Of a stretch of DNA of 64,000 nucleotides, positions 20,541 through 32,326 are shown piece by piece (the stretch's first letter is position 1; each line of letters begins with the position of its first letter). The stretch is from Gammaproteobacteria bacterium (GTDB lineage: Bacteria > Pseudomonadota > Gammaproteobacteria > Eutrophobiales > Eutrophobiaceae): positions 576,001-640,000 of the forward strand of contig CBDCTH010000012.1 in assembly GCA_965222155.1 (NCBI GenBank), read 5' to 3'. A program made the translations under genes and the position numbers. The notes under the pieces are model-generated. The model saw only the letters and a program-made list of their open reading frames with translations, did no database searches and was not told where the DNA came from.

Positions 20541-20683
20541 CAGTTGGAAATGGCTCTACGTCATTCCGGCGCCTGCCGGAATCCAGTTGAAATGGCTCTA
20601 CGTCATTCCGGCGCCTGCCGGAATCCAGTTGAAATGGCTCTATGTCATTCCGGCGCCTGCCGGAATCCAGTTGAAATCGCTCT
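20541..20683. repeat. Tandem 42-bp REP-like palindromic repeats (about 3.4 copies), with an interrupted inverted copy at ~20731-20810
   Basis: CAGTTGAAATGGCTCTACGTCATTCCGGCGCCTGCCGGAATC repeated. Confidence 0.9.
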
Positions 20684-20824
20684 TCACTCAGTATAATGAA
20701 GGTTTGTCCACTGGATTTGCATCCTACGCTCCGTTTACGGCACATCCCCCTGCTTACAGCATGCAGGGGCAGGCTATGTGCCACTACTCGGCATGCGCCG
20801 GAATGACGGTGTGAGGAGAAGCGT

Positions 20825-22684
20825 TTGACTGAACAAATGCGGCTATCTTTGATGAGATTGACGCTGCCCGGCTTATTCAGAGTTGGCGTTTTTTATTTTA
20901 TACTGATACAAACGCTACCTGCGCAGACTCAGCATGAACACGATGCGCCAGCGCAAATTCTGGCGCCGGGTTATCGTGTCCTGGAATATGCCGCACCGGA
21001 ACCGGGCAGTTATCAACTCCCCCCGCTGGGCAAGGCGGGAACCGGAATGGTCCTTGACGAACAGGGCCGCGAACGGTCCCTGGAGGACTATTTCGGCGAC
21101 AAGTTCGTGGTTCTCAGCTTCATTTATACGAACTGTAACGACGTCAACGGCTGTCCCCTGGCCACCTTCGTTCTGGGACAATTGCAACAACGTTTGAGCA
21201 GGGACAGCAGGCTGGCGCACCAGGTACGGATGATCAGCCTCAGCTTTGACCCGGATTTCGATACGCCTGCGGTGATGACAAAATACGGCAGGCAGTTCAA
21301 CCGGGATACATTGACGGACTGGCGTTTTCTGACTACGGGATCGACAAGGCAGTTGCAACCTCTGCTCCGGGGGTTTAATCAATCCGTGCAAAAGGAATAT
21401 GACGAGTCCGGGGAATATCGCGGCGTCATTTCCCATATCCTGCGGGTTTTTCTGCTGGACAAGGCAAGCCAGGTACGCAATATCTACAGTGTTTCATTCC
21501 TGCATGCTGATACGGTGATTAATGATATCAAGACACTGGCCATGGAGTACGATAATGACGGCACAAGCTCAGCGTCACGAAGAAACGCGCCTGCAGAAGA
21601 TGCCGGGGCAGGGGAACAGCGCCTGTTAGGCTTGCCCGGACTCGAGGTACCGGAAAACAATCCGCTGACCCAGGAAAAAATCAGGCTGGGCCGGCAACTG
21701 TTTTTCGACAGGCGCCTGTCACACAACAATACACTCTCCTGTGCGATGTGCCATATCCCGGAACAGGGGTTCACCAGCCAGGAACTGGCGGTTGCCATCG
21801 GCATTGAAGGCCAGACGCTACGGCGCAATGCCCCGACACTGTATAACGTCGGGTTCGCCAAATTGCTGTTTCATGACGCCCGGGAGAACCTGCTGGAGCA
21901 GCAGGTCTGGACCCCGTTGCTGGCGCGCAATGAAATGGCCAACCCATCCGTGGGGTTTGTAATCGAGAGGTTGAAATCGATATCGGAATACCGCGATAAA
22001 TTCGAACAGGCGTTCCAGGGAAAGGGGCCGGGCATGGAGACTGTCGGCATGGCGCTGGCCAGCTACCAACGCACCCTGAATTCCGCAGACAGTCCGTTTG
22101 ACCGCTGGTACTACGGCGATGACGGCAAGGCCATGGATGAACAGGCCATAGCCGGCTTCGGATTGTTCAGCGGCAAGGCCCGCTGTGTGTCATGCCATGC
22201 CATCAACAGGGACTATGCCCTGTTTACCGACCACAAGCTGCATAACACCGGTATCGGTTACCTGGTTTCCATGGGACCCAAAGACGACAAAGTACAGGTC
22301 AGCGTGGCGCCCGGCGTTACGCTTACGGTTGACAGGGCCGTCATCACGGAACCGGGCAAACCCGAACCCAATGACCTGGGTTATTATGAAATCACCGAAG
22401 ACCCGGACGACCGCTGGAAATACAAGACGCCAGGACTGAGAAATGTCGGCCTCAGTTCCCCGTACATGCATAACGGCTCGCTGAGGACCTTGCGCCAGGT
22501 GGTGGAGTTCTACAACCGGGGCGGGATAAAGAATGAACTGCTCGACCCTCTGGTGCAACCGCTGGGACTGAGCGAGGACGAAATAGATTCAATCGTCGCA
22601 TTTTTGAACTCACTGACGGGCAGTAACGTGGATGAACTCGTCGCCGACGCATTAGCCCAGCCGGTGGGAAACGTAAGGCAGTAA
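20825..22684 (+). CDS. SCO1/SenC - MauG-like diheme cytochrome c peroxidase fusion
   Basis: FIYTNCNDVNGCP, SLSFDP, ISHILR (SCO); CAMCH, RRNAPT, CVSCH, KTPGLRNV..PYMHNGS (MauG/CcP). Confidence 0.9.
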   Translation: MTEQMRLSLMRLTLPGLFRVGVFYFILIQTLPAQTQHEHDAPAQILAPGYRVLEYAAPEPGSYQLPPLGKAGTGMVLDEQGRERSLEDYFGDKFVVLSFIYTNCNDVNGCPLATFVLGQLQQRLSRDSRLAHQVRMISLSFDPDFDTPAVMTKYGRQFNRDTLTDWRFLTTGSTRQLQPLLRGFNQSVQKEYDESGEYRGVISHILRVFLLDKASQVRNIYSVSFLHADTVINDIKTLAMEYDNDGTSSASRRNAPAEDAGAGEQRLLGLPGLEVPENNPLTQEKIRLGRQLFFDRRLSHNNTLSCAMCHIPEQGFTSQELAVAIGIEGQTLRRNAPTLYNVGFAKLLFHDARENLLEQQVWTPLLARNEMANPSVGFVIERLKSISEYRDKFEQAFQGKGPGMETVGMALASYQRTLNSADSPFDRWYYGDDGKAMDEQAIAGFGLFSGKARCVSCHAINRDYALFTDHKLHNTGIGYLVSMGPKDDKVQVSVAPGVTLTVDRAVITEPGKPEPNDLGYYEITEDPDDRWKYKTPGLRNVGLSSPYMHNGSLRTLRQVVEFYNRGGIKNELLDPLVQPLGLSEDEIDSIVAFLNSLTGSNVDELVADALAQPVGNVRQ

Positions 22685-22722
22685 TGTAGCTGCCCGGGGT
22701 TTATCATGTCCGGGGACGGATT

Positions 22723-23418
22723 TCAAATCCGTCCCCTTTGGGAGTCCGCCACCGGGTAAGCCGTCGTGTTGAAACCGTCATGGGTCATGCTTGTGACAGG
22801 TTGCTCCCTGTCTTCCATGATGGCAACCAGCCTTCTCTCCAAGTCCCCGTAACCTGTGTGCCTGATTTCCAGTTCCAGGCCGATGGAAGCAGCTATTTCA
22901 CGAGCGCGTTTGAGCAGCGCTGCATTGTTTTCTTCCTGGGTAAAGTAAACGATTCGTTTGTAATGGGCGAACAGGAGCTCCTGCAACTCCGGGTGTTTGT
23001 CCATTTTCAGGCCTTGTACGACGAACTTGTGCCAGGCATGCACCAGAAAATCGGTCAGGATAAACGTGCCGACTTCTTCTTCCATCACTCTGGGAAACTC
23101 TTCTCCGCCGAACATTTCATAGCAGTGAGGCCCCAGCGGGCGCACTGCGCCGTATTTTTTGAGTATGTCATCCAGGTCAAAGGCGCCGCAGTGACCGTAA
23201 ACCACCACCGTACGATCATATTTCCCCTGTGCTTTCTTCAACCGCTCTTCCACGGCCGGTCCTATCCTGGCCGGTTCAAGGTGAAGCTTGGCGTTAATCG
23301 CTTCGAATTCGGCATACCAGCCGTGCTTGCTGATAATCGCCTTGACCTCCGCGCCCAGGGCGGCGCAGGCAATGAATAAGGTTTTCGATTTGTTTGCCAG
23401 CATCTCATGTAAAAACAT
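22723..23418 (-). CDS. DUF1638 domain protein
   Basis: IACAAL, LHLEP, VYGHCG, GPHCYEMF, GTFILTDFL, LFAHYKRIVY. Confidence 0.8.
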   Translation of the reverse strand: MFLHEMLANKSKTLFIACAALGAEVKAIISKHGWYAEFEAINAKLHLEPARIGPAVEERLKKAQGKYDRTVVVYGHCGAFDLDDILKKYGAVRPLGPHCYEMFGGEEFPRVMEEEVGTFILTDFLVHAWHKFVVQGLKMDKHPELQELLFAHYKRIVYFTQEENNAALLKRAREIAASIGLELEIRHTGYGDLERRLVAIMEDREQPVTSMTHDGFNTTAYPVADSQRGRI

Positions 23419-23555
23419 GGGTCACACTCAAAAAACTGATGGAGGTAAATGTACCCATATCCAGTTTTACAAGATTTCAAGCATCCTATTATGTAATTAC
23501 AAAGGTAGTGTCTGATTTTCCCTAGGAGCAGGTACATTATTGGTTAAGATAGAAA

Positions 23556-25568
23556 TTACACCCAGTGCATCAATATAGGTTCAATTTTTTTAAAATGTAG
23601 TCTAAGTTGTTGAAAATCATCATCCATTACATTTTTTGCATGGGCATCTGGTCTACCAATTTCATTAATTTCTTTCAGTACAAACATGAATTTTTCTTTA
23701 TCTAGATCAAAAACATTTATAAAGCATTCCCATTCGCGGTCAATTATAGTGATTAAATCTAAAAAATAGAGTGGAGAATCACTTGGTGATAGCAGCTCTT
23801 CTAATGTCGATTTAGATAATTTAGTTCGTCGATTTTCAATTACGGAATTTAAAACACTCTCAAAAGCTTTGTTTTTGCCTTTTGTGATTTTGAGGGTTTT
23901 TTTAATAATAGTTCTTAGGTTACTTTCTATTTTGTTCCTGCGAATTGAAATCTCAGTTAGTATCTCATCCTGTGACATATTACGTTTTTCAAATTTGTGG
24001 GATTTTGCAATGTAGTCTTTTAACGATTCGATATTAAATGCATATCCATTTTCACTTTGACAAATTAATCCATATCCCACTAAGTGTTTTGTATATTGAT
24101 CTTGTTCATACGCAAACTCTTCAAATGATGTATGATCTCCCTGAGCCAAATATGTCAATATTTCATATTCGTCCTTGTACCACTGTTTAAGCACTAGAAC
24201 CATCATCTCTAAGTATTCTAAAATATCACTTGAAAATTGCCTTTTTACTTTTTCATAAAGAGGCTTATCGATAATGATCGGTCTTTCGCCTTTACATTCT
24301 CTATGTATTACGCTACAAAACTGACGTATTAAAAAGGGGTGACCTCCATAATCATTTGTTAACATTCCATATATCGATTCATCGAATTTCAACCCTATAT
24401 ATCTACCTAGTTTTCTTACCATTTCCCTTACTTGAACTACATCAAAAGGAGGCACGTATGTACTAGGCACAGACTTAAACAATGGATTCTCATGTCCATT
24501 CAAAATTGATGCTTCAACACAAGAAGGATTAGTACCAACTAATAGATATGTAAATACATCTTGATTTCTTTGATAGAAAGCTCTTAAAGTTTGCCAGAAA
24601 TAAATAAAGTCAACACCATCACTCCACTGTTTCGAAGATCCAGTTATAGGAGAAATTCTTTCGATTTCATCAAAAATAATTAAAATAGATTTTTCTCCAA
24701 AAGACTTGTGAATATCATTCATTGTCGTAGCAAATAAATCACCTGCCTTCTTTTCAGTAAATTTAGTGATATGTGGAACATGTATACTGGGGTCATGTTC
24801 ATTTTTAAATATTGTTAGTATCTTATGAAGTAGCTCATTCCATCGTAATTTATGAATGGATGGATTTTCGCAATCAATTGATATAAACATATCATCAGAA
24901 ATTTTTAAATGTCTCTCAATTGCATAGATAATTGATGTTTTCCCACTTTTCCTTAGTCCAAATAAACTAGTGTGTTCTCCTGCTCTATGACTATTACAAA
25001 TCTGTTGAATTAATTCGGACCTCCCATAAAAATATAAATCTTTTCTAAGAGGGGAGAGAAACTCAAATAAGTCTCGCGTGTAGAAATGCTTCGCAAACCT
25101 ATTTCTGATAAAGTGCTCATCTGGACACTTTGCCAATTCTTCATAAGTAAATGGAACTACAATAGGTTGTTCTGGATCAGATTTTAGTAGGTCATTTATT
25201 TTATCTTCTGCATTAGGATCACCACTGATGACTATTCGACAAATAGTTTCGCATCTTAATCCTTGATAATCTTTTAATGCGGCATCAAAGGCATCTAATG
25301 TTCTAGGCTCAAAATTAGGATATGGACTGAATACACATATTATCTCTCTGTTAAGATTGAACATTTCTGAAAATCTTGAAATCGGTTTCATTAAGAAATA
25401 TGACAGTTTTGAATTCGCACCGAGAGTGATTTCTTTACCGCTATTTGTGAGATACCACCAATTCTTAAGCCTAAGTAATATCACCTGCTCTTTATTAGTA
25501 AATCTTTCCAAATAGAATGACTTATGCATTCCAGGGTTTGTTTGTGTGTAATCTTTAATTATTGCCAT
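23556..25568 (-). CDS. AT-rich P-loop ATPase (STAND/AAA-like) with possible C-terminal HEPN-like domain
   Basis: FYGRSEL, Walker A GLRKSGKTS, Walker B LIIFDEIE, YGGHPFLIR; C-terminal IESNLR...FLDL...RPDAH. Confidence 0.8.
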   Translation of the reverse strand: MAIIKDYTQTNPGMHKSFYLERFTNKEQVILLRLKNWWYLTNSGKEITLGANSKLSYFLMKPISRFSEMFNLNREIICVFSPYPNFEPRTLDAFDAALKDYQGLRCETICRIVISGDPNAEDKINDLLKSDPEQPIVVPFTYEELAKCPDEHFIRNRFAKHFYTRDLFEFLSPLRKDLYFYGRSELIQQICNSHRAGEHTSLFGLRKSGKTSIIYAIERHLKISDDMFISIDCENPSIHKLRWNELLHKILTIFKNEHDPSIHVPHITKFTEKKAGDLFATTMNDIHKSFGEKSILIIFDEIERISPITGSSKQWSDGVDFIYFWQTLRAFYQRNQDVFTYLLVGTNPSCVEASILNGHENPLFKSVPSTYVPPFDVVQVREMVRKLGRYIGLKFDESIYGMLTNDYGGHPFLIRQFCSVIHRECKGERPIIIDKPLYEKVKRQFSSDILEYLEMMVLVLKQWYKDEYEILTYLAQGDHTSFEEFAYEQDQYTKHLVGYGLICQSENGYAFNIESLKDYIAKSHKFEKRNMSQDEILTEISIRRNKIESNLRTIIKKTLKITKGKNKAFESVLNSVIENRRTKLSKSTLEELLSPSDSPLYFLDLITIIDREWECFINVFDLDKEKFMFVLKEINEIGRPDAHAKNVMDDDFQQLRLHFKKIEPILMHWV

Positions 25569-25618
25569 AACTCTAAATTTATATCATTTTTAAATTAATT
25601 ATTCGTTTTCTAATACAT

Positions 25619-25881
25619 TGAGCCTCATATCAAATCTAGACAGCTGCAAATTCAATATTCCCGGCTTTCTGGTGTTGTTGGTAAAACTCCTCCGGTGTCA
25701 GATCATCCAGCGATGAATGGGGTCGATACTGATTATACTCCATTCGCCAGGATTCAATTTTCTCTTTCGCATCGTCCAGGGACAAGAACCAGTTCGTGTT
25801 CAAGCATTCATCCCGAAAACTGCCGTTGAATGATTCGATAAACGGGTTATCTGTGGGTTTTCCGGGTCTGGAGAAGTCCAA
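25619..25881 (-). mobile_element. IS3-family remnant (OrfB C-terminus and right end)
   Basis: [27 protein letters not shown]...RPHSSL. Confidence 0.85.
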
Positions 25882-25949
25882 ATCCCCTAGTTATATGGGA
25901 AGTAGTTAGGAATAAGGAAGAAGAAGATAGAGAGAAGATGGAGAAGATA

Positions 25950-26345
25950 GGGTCGGACCTACCTAACTATTTGTTTCCGCTCAGTTTATGTATCATCTAC
26001 GCCTGTTATTTCCCCTTAAACCCCCTTTTTTGCTATCAAAATTGAGGTTATAAGTTCCCCATTCCTGTTTGACGGCATTACTCTCCTGATACGCCGTAGT
26101 CCTTGTACCTGCCACACAACCAGTCTTTGGGTGATGCACTTTACCCACCCTGATCCTATTCAGGGCAATGTAGGTAAGACATTGAAAGGAGCGTATATCC
26201 GCGTCTATGGCCGTGGCATGATACTTCCTCCTTAAAGTCCTGTTTTAATGTACGAAAAGCGCAGTCTAAGCGTAGGACAGCACGTTTTTTGAGACAGATT
26301 CTCTTTATTATCAATAGGTTCTGTCAGATTGGATTGGTCTGACCC
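25950..26345 (-). mobile_element. Miniature element derived from a Y1/RAYT transposase gene, copy 1
   Basis: Ends GGGTCGGACC...GGTCTGACCC; minus strand has AGGAGG-ATGCCACGG fused to degenerate HATAIDA...CLTYI.LN..R.G..HP.DW. Confidence 0.7.
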
Positions 26346-27001
26346 TATACTGGCGGCTGGCGGGGCTGATAATATTTAAGGGGGCCGGTTGGTCCTCTCT
26401 CGACTACGCTGGATTGTTTAATTAAAAGACCTAGCACCAGCATAGGAACGGCAACACAGAACCATATGGCCATCATTATGAATCCAAACGCCATAAGCCC
26501 AACAATAACTACAGCTTGATCTGCTCCACCTTCAGACAGACTGGAGAATCCTAGTCCTCCTAAAAATACAACCAATATTATGAAAACTATAAACAGCGTC
26601 CAGATAAGAGCGAAATTCTTGATGACATTCCATCCGGTTCCTCCCTCTCGTATTTCCCCTGCTTTCAAATTTCGACATGCAAAATAGAAAGGTAAAGCTA
26701 TGACTGGCCCCAAAATGAATGTCAGAACTGGCCAGCCAATTGAATGATTTTCCCTTACTCGTGCATCGATGAAAACCCAAATACCAAAGACCACACTTAA
26801 CAGTAGCGCCCACATAAAATCCAAAACTATTTCGCTAATGTCATCCATGAAAACCTCATCGTGCATTAACTCATCAATGATCTGATACCATTCCCAAAAA
26901 TTATCCCCTATCTGAGGGTGTTCTATTACGGATTCTGCTACTGTCGGCTGCATGCAAATACTGAAAGCGATGATTGCTACTTTAAGGAATGTGTGCTTCA
27001 T
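26345..27001 (-). CDS. Hypothetical membrane protein
   Basis: Signal-like N-terminus plus four hydrophobic segments (WVFIDAR...). Confidence 0.65.
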   Translation of the reverse strand: MKHTFLKVAIIAFSICMQPTVAESVIEHPQIGDNFWEWYQIIDELMHDEVFMDDISEIVLDFMWALLLSVVFGIWVFIDARVRENHSIGWPVLTFILGPVIALPFYFACRNLKAGEIREGGTGWNVIKNFALIWTLFIVFIILVVFLGGLGFSSLSEGGADQAVVIVGLMAFGFIMMAIWFCVAVPMLVLGLLIKQSSVVERGPTGPLKYYQPRQPPV

Positions 27002-27014
27002 ACTGTTAGCTCAG

Positions 27015-28343
<1,329 letters not shown>

Positions 28344-28690
28344 GTAGGTAAAGTCGGTTTGCCACAACTCATTCACGCGTCGGGTCGGATGCTGAAAGGT
28401 GTCTCCCGCCTGCAGCAGGATATAGGCTGGGCTGGTGATGAGGTCATAGCGCTTCAACAAGCGATACACGCTGGATTCCGATATGAAGTAACCGTGTTTA
28501 TCGGTGACGGTCCAGGCTAGTTCTCTGGGAGAGCGCTCAGGGTATTGCAGGGCAACCTCCAGACATTGTTCCTTCACCGTTTCCGGGATCTGGTTCCAGA
28601 AACGTCGAGGGGATCGGGAGGCCACCTCCAATGCCTTCAGTCCACCGTCCAGATACTGACGATACCAGCGATAAAAACTGCTGCGACTGG
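28344..28690 (-). mobile_element. IS481-like DDE transposase fragment (5' exon of the intron)
   Basis: WNQIP...SPRELA...ISESSVYRLLK..DLITSPAY...NELWQTDFTY. Confidence 0.8.
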
Positions 28691-28711
28691 AAGAAGATAG
28701 GGAAGAAGATA

Positions 28712-29107
28712 GGGTCGGACCTACCTAACTATTTGTTTCCGCTCAGTTTATGTATCATCTACGCCTGTTATTTCCCCTTAAACCCCCTTTTTTGCTATCA
28801 AAATTGAGGTTATAAGTTCCCCATTCCTGTTTGACGGCATTACTCTCCTGATACGCCGTAGTCCTTGTACCTGCCACACAACCAGTCTTTGGGTGATGCA
28901 CTTTACCCACCCTGATCCTATTCAGGGCAATGTAGGTAAGACATTGAAAGGAGCGTATATCCGCGTCTATGGCCGTGGCATGATACTTCTTCCTTAAAGT
29001 CCTGTTTTAATGTACGAAAAGCGCAGTCTAAGCGTAGGACAGCACGTTTTTTGAGACAGATTCTCTTTATTATCAATAGGTTCTGTCAGATTGGATTGGT
29101 CTGACCC
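28712..29107 (-). mobile_element. Y1/RAYT-derived miniature element, copy 2 (near-identical to 25950-26345)
   Basis: Direct repeat of ~396 bp. Confidence 0.85.
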
Positions 29108-29394
29108 TATACTGCGAGACCAGACAATCCCTCCGGCAAGCAAGACCAATATTGTCTCAGGCTGGATGGGGGCATTCCTGTTCAGGTTGAAAATATTAAG
29201 AGCACTGTTATCAAAGATCTATGCAGTACCTGCAAGACCTAATAGAACTATAAAACTGTGGACAATGCTCCAGGCGATACTCTCGAACTGAGACATGCGC
29301 TTGGCAGGGTAGCTGACACGGTAGAACTGCATGGCGAGGAAGCCCGGCGTCAGATAGAGTAAGAGGCCTATGGCCTCATTAAATGGAATACTCA
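29108..29394 (-). pseudogene. Truncated membrane protein gene (DUF6338-like) with internal TAG
   Basis: IGLLLYLTPGFLAMQFY...TA*IF; cut at the element end. Confidence 0.45.
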
Positions 29395-29428
29395 CTACAG
29401 GAGCTTATTCTGAATAATTCAGAAATAA

Positions 29429-29611
29429 TCACTTATCGGTGCTAGTGTCAATGTTGTCAGTATTACTGGTTTGATTCGATTGTATTTGAGCAGGTTGTTC
29501 AGTTTCAAGAACTCTTAAAGCCGAGAACGGAGGCTCAGTATTAGGGGCTGGGTTAGTATGAGTGAATGATTTTTCAACTGTAACGTTACGAGACTTATTA
29601 TCATTTGACAT
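29429..29611 (-). CDS. Small hypothetical protein
   Basis: 60-aa ORF preceded by GGAGG. Confidence 0.4.
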   Translation of the reverse strand: MSNDNKSRNVTVEKSFTHTNPAPNTEPPFSALRVLETEQPAQIQSNQTSNTDNIDTSTDK

Positions 29612-29711
29612 GCTGTGTCACCTCCGTATACTTTTTTATGATTGTGAACAAATTTAATTTATCCAACACTGAAATTATCGCCTGATGCTCGGAGGAACGT
29701 CAAGAGATTTT

Positions 29712-29850
29712 CACATCGGCCTGGCGCAGGGCAAAGGCGATCTGTTGCTCGGTAAACCTGGTTTTTTTCATGGCAAAATACTCTTCTTGGTTGTGTGATT
29801 TTGCCAGAAATCTCTAATTTAGATTGGTCCGGTTTATTGGGGGGAGGTCA
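29712..29850 (-). mobile_element. IS3-family left end with OrfA N-terminus
   Basis: TGACCTCCCCCC end; MKKTRFTEQQIAFALRQA. Confidence 0.8.
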
Positions 29851-30038
29851 TCTCATGGTTCAATTTCCAAGGAAATATTTTGATCCAAATGCGGCCACAG
29901 GTCGGATGGAGTTCATAAGGTAAAATTCCGTATTGTTTGCCCTCCGTATTATAGAATAGTGGATCATTTGTTCTCACGGATTGAACATCATGATCCTGAG
30001 GCTATTCAATAGGTTCCGACTCTAAAATTACTCAGAAA

Positions 30039-30773
30039 TCACTTCTTTGCGGAGTTAAAGCGAACTAATTTCTCCCAATCAATTTTTCCGTCTTCTTTGC
30101 AATATGTGTCAGCGAATTCTTTGGTGAATTTATTGAGCATATTTGAATATGCTTCCATAAAAGCATCATTTTTTTCTTTGGCTTTGTATCCAAGCGGCTC
30201 AATGATTTCTGTGAATAATTCACTGTATCCGGATATAAATTCCCAGAATCGCTGGCCGCAATATTTGAAATAATCTCCTTTGTCAGGTCTATTGTCTCTT
30301 CCATAGCAACAGCCATTTACGGCAACAACGTTTAAATTTGAATTACTGGTTCTTAGTGCTTTTTTTGCAGTTCTGAAATCAGCTACCATTTTGTTGATTT
30401 GCGAACTATTACCCCAGTTTGGCCCTGATTTAATAGCAACAATGTATCTGATTTCGTTGCTGTCAAATTCAAGATCAATACCCGTGATACCTGATTTATA
30501 CCCGTCGTAGACTTTGTTATTGATAAATATGGCAAGTCCTTCCAGCCAATCGCCAAAAATAGTTTCCTCATTAGAAGAGATATGTGCGTCTGTCAGTCCT
30601 CTTACAATCTGTTCAGCAGTCAACACGTATTTGGCTTTAAAAAGATAGGGATTTTTTCGTCCAAGAACTTTCGACAGCTTCAGTTTGTCGAGGCTTTGAA
30701 TGCGTTTTTGATGAAATGTACCAATATTTTCTTCAACGTACTTTAATACATCATCAGGGTTCAGCTTTTTCAT
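30039..30773 (-). CDS. Type II restriction endonuclease (PmeII/EcoO109I-like family)
   Basis: RKNPYLF, SSNEETIFGDWLEGLA, GIDLEF, IKSGPNWGNSSQ, CGQRFWEFISG; coupled to MTase. Confidence 0.82.
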   Translation of the reverse strand: MKKLNPDDVLKYVEENIGTFHQKRIQSLDKLKLSKVLGRKNPYLFKAKYVLTAEQIVRGLTDAHISSNEETIFGDWLEGLAIFINNKVYDGYKSGITGIDLEFDSNEIRYIVAIKSGPNWGNSSQINKMVADFRTAKKALRTSNSNLNVVAVNGCCYGRDNRPDKGDYFKYCGQRFWEFISGYSELFTEIIEPLGYKAKEKNDAFMEAYSNMLNKFTKEFADTYCKEDGKIDWEKLVRFNSAKK

Positions 30774-31611
30774 ATTTTACAGTTGGTTCCAATAGATATA
30801 ATTCAGCAGGCCGCAATTCTTGTTTAACCATTTCGCAGTATTCCGGAACCACGTCAATACCGATTGAGTTCCGTCTCATTCTGTTCGCAACAATCAGTGT
30901 TGTACCCGACCCCATAAATGGGTCAAGAACCACTCCTTGTTCTTTAGTAAATAACTTGATAAACCACTCCGGTAATGCTTCAGGGAATGCAGCGCTATGG
31001 TTTTTGTTATTGCATTCGGTAGCCAAATGCAAAACATTTGTGGGATATGTTTTATCCCGGTTAAGCCAGTTTGAAACATTTTTACCAAATCCACTGCCCA
31101 CTTTCGAATTATCACGGGTCTTATCAGTTTCAGAAAGGTTTCTTAATCGTGTAGTCGCCCAGTCGCCAACAGGTACCATCACTTCTTCCTGATACATGTT
31201 GAATTTGCGATGTTTATTGAATTGAAGAAGTCGTTCCCAGGCGTCACGGAAACGATTCGGCCACTTTCCCGGATAGCAATTTTTCTTATGCCAGATAAGT
31301 TCTTCCGTCCATAACCAGCCCTGTTTGCGCATTCCCAGAATTAATTCGATTACGTAGGTACTACGTTCCCCTTTAACTGCCTTTTCCTTGATATTTAGAA
31401 TGAACGTCCCGGTAGGCTTGAGAACGCGTAAAAGTTGTTCTGATATAGGTAAAAACCATTCGACATAATCATCAGGATGAATACCTCCATAAGTATATCT
31501 CCGTTGATCAGCGTAAGGCGGTGATGTCACAATTAAGTCAACAGAATTCTCCGGAAGCAGTTTTAATTGCTCTTTGCTGTCACCCAGGTATATATCCGTA
31601 GTTATTTCCAT
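30754..31611 (-). CDS. Site-specific DNA methyltransferase, N4-cytosine beta class
   Basis: VTSPPY motif IV before VLDPFMGSGTT motif I. Confidence 0.92.
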   Translation of the reverse strand: MEITTDIYLGDSKEQLKLLPENSVDLIVTSPPYADQRRYTYGGIHPDDYVEWFLPISEQLLRVLKPTGTFILNIKEKAVKGERSTYVIELILGMRKQGWLWTEELIWHKKNCYPGKWPNRFRDAWERLLQFNKHRKFNMYQEEVMVPVGDWATTRLRNLSETDKTRDNSKVGSGFGKNVSNWLNRDKTYPTNVLHLATECNNKNHSAAFPEALPEWFIKLFTKEQGVVLDPFMGSGTTLIVANRMRRNSIGIDVVPEYCEMVKQELRPAELYLLEPTVKYEKAEP

Positions 31612-31853
31612 TTCAAATCCCTTTTCAATTGATACAAGTCTGTTAATCATCATTTAGTGAATTCGATATATTCTCACGTGAGACAGGAAAACATCCAATG
31701 CACTGTTTTTCTCCCTGAAGGAAGGTCCTCGATGTCGCCGACGAAAAATATAATGGACATAGCAGAAGTCCCAAATATATAGGCAGTTCCTGACAAGGAT
31801 TATGACATATTATTAGTGACCCTGTCCCCTTTTTTGCGAGTATTGGGAGTATT

Positions 31854-32148
31854 GGGTCAGACCAGTCCAGCCTGACAGAACCTACTGAATAATAAAGGAA
31901 TACTGTAATAAAAGATGTGCTGTCCTACGCTTAGACTACGATTTTCATACGCCAAAACAGGACGTTAAGGAGGAAGTATCAGACGCCGCACTCGCAGACC
32001 ACAGCGCATCAGGAGAGTAATGCCGTCAAACAGGGATGGAGATGTTACGACCTCGATTTTGATAGCAAAAAGGGGGGTTTAAGGAGAAATAACAGGCGTA
32101 TATGGCACATAAACTGAACTGGAACAAATAGTTAGGCAGGTCCGACCC
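31854..32148 (+). mobile_element. Y1/RAYT-derived miniature element, copy 3 (diverged, shorter, inverted)
   Basis: GGGTCAGACC...GGTCCGACCC; homologous to reverse complement of copies 1 and 2 with a larger internal deletion. Confidence 0.8.
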
Positions 32149-32205
32149 TATCCTGGTATCCTGGCATAGTCCTGCCGGGAACGATGATAGGTTATAAGAA
32201 CTCAT

Positions 32206-32298
32206 TGGCGGAGGTGGATGGGAATCGAACCCACCACTCGCGTGTCGCAAGTCACTGGTTTTGAAGACCAGGGAAGTCACCAGACTTCATTCACCTCC
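32206..32298 (-). tRNA. selC: tRNA-Sec (anticodon TCA)
   Basis: 6-bp D-stem GAAGTC/GACTTC, CTTCAAA loop, long variable arm, TTCGATT, 3' GCCA; directly after selB. Confidence 0.96.
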
Positions 32299-32326
32299 AA
32301 TTCACCCGGGAGATATATTTTAGGTG

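Noticed and set aside
20490-20814. ORFs with 14-aa repeats, or a second CRISPR array
   Set aside because: Units are near-identical 42-bp REP-like tandem repeats with no unique spacers
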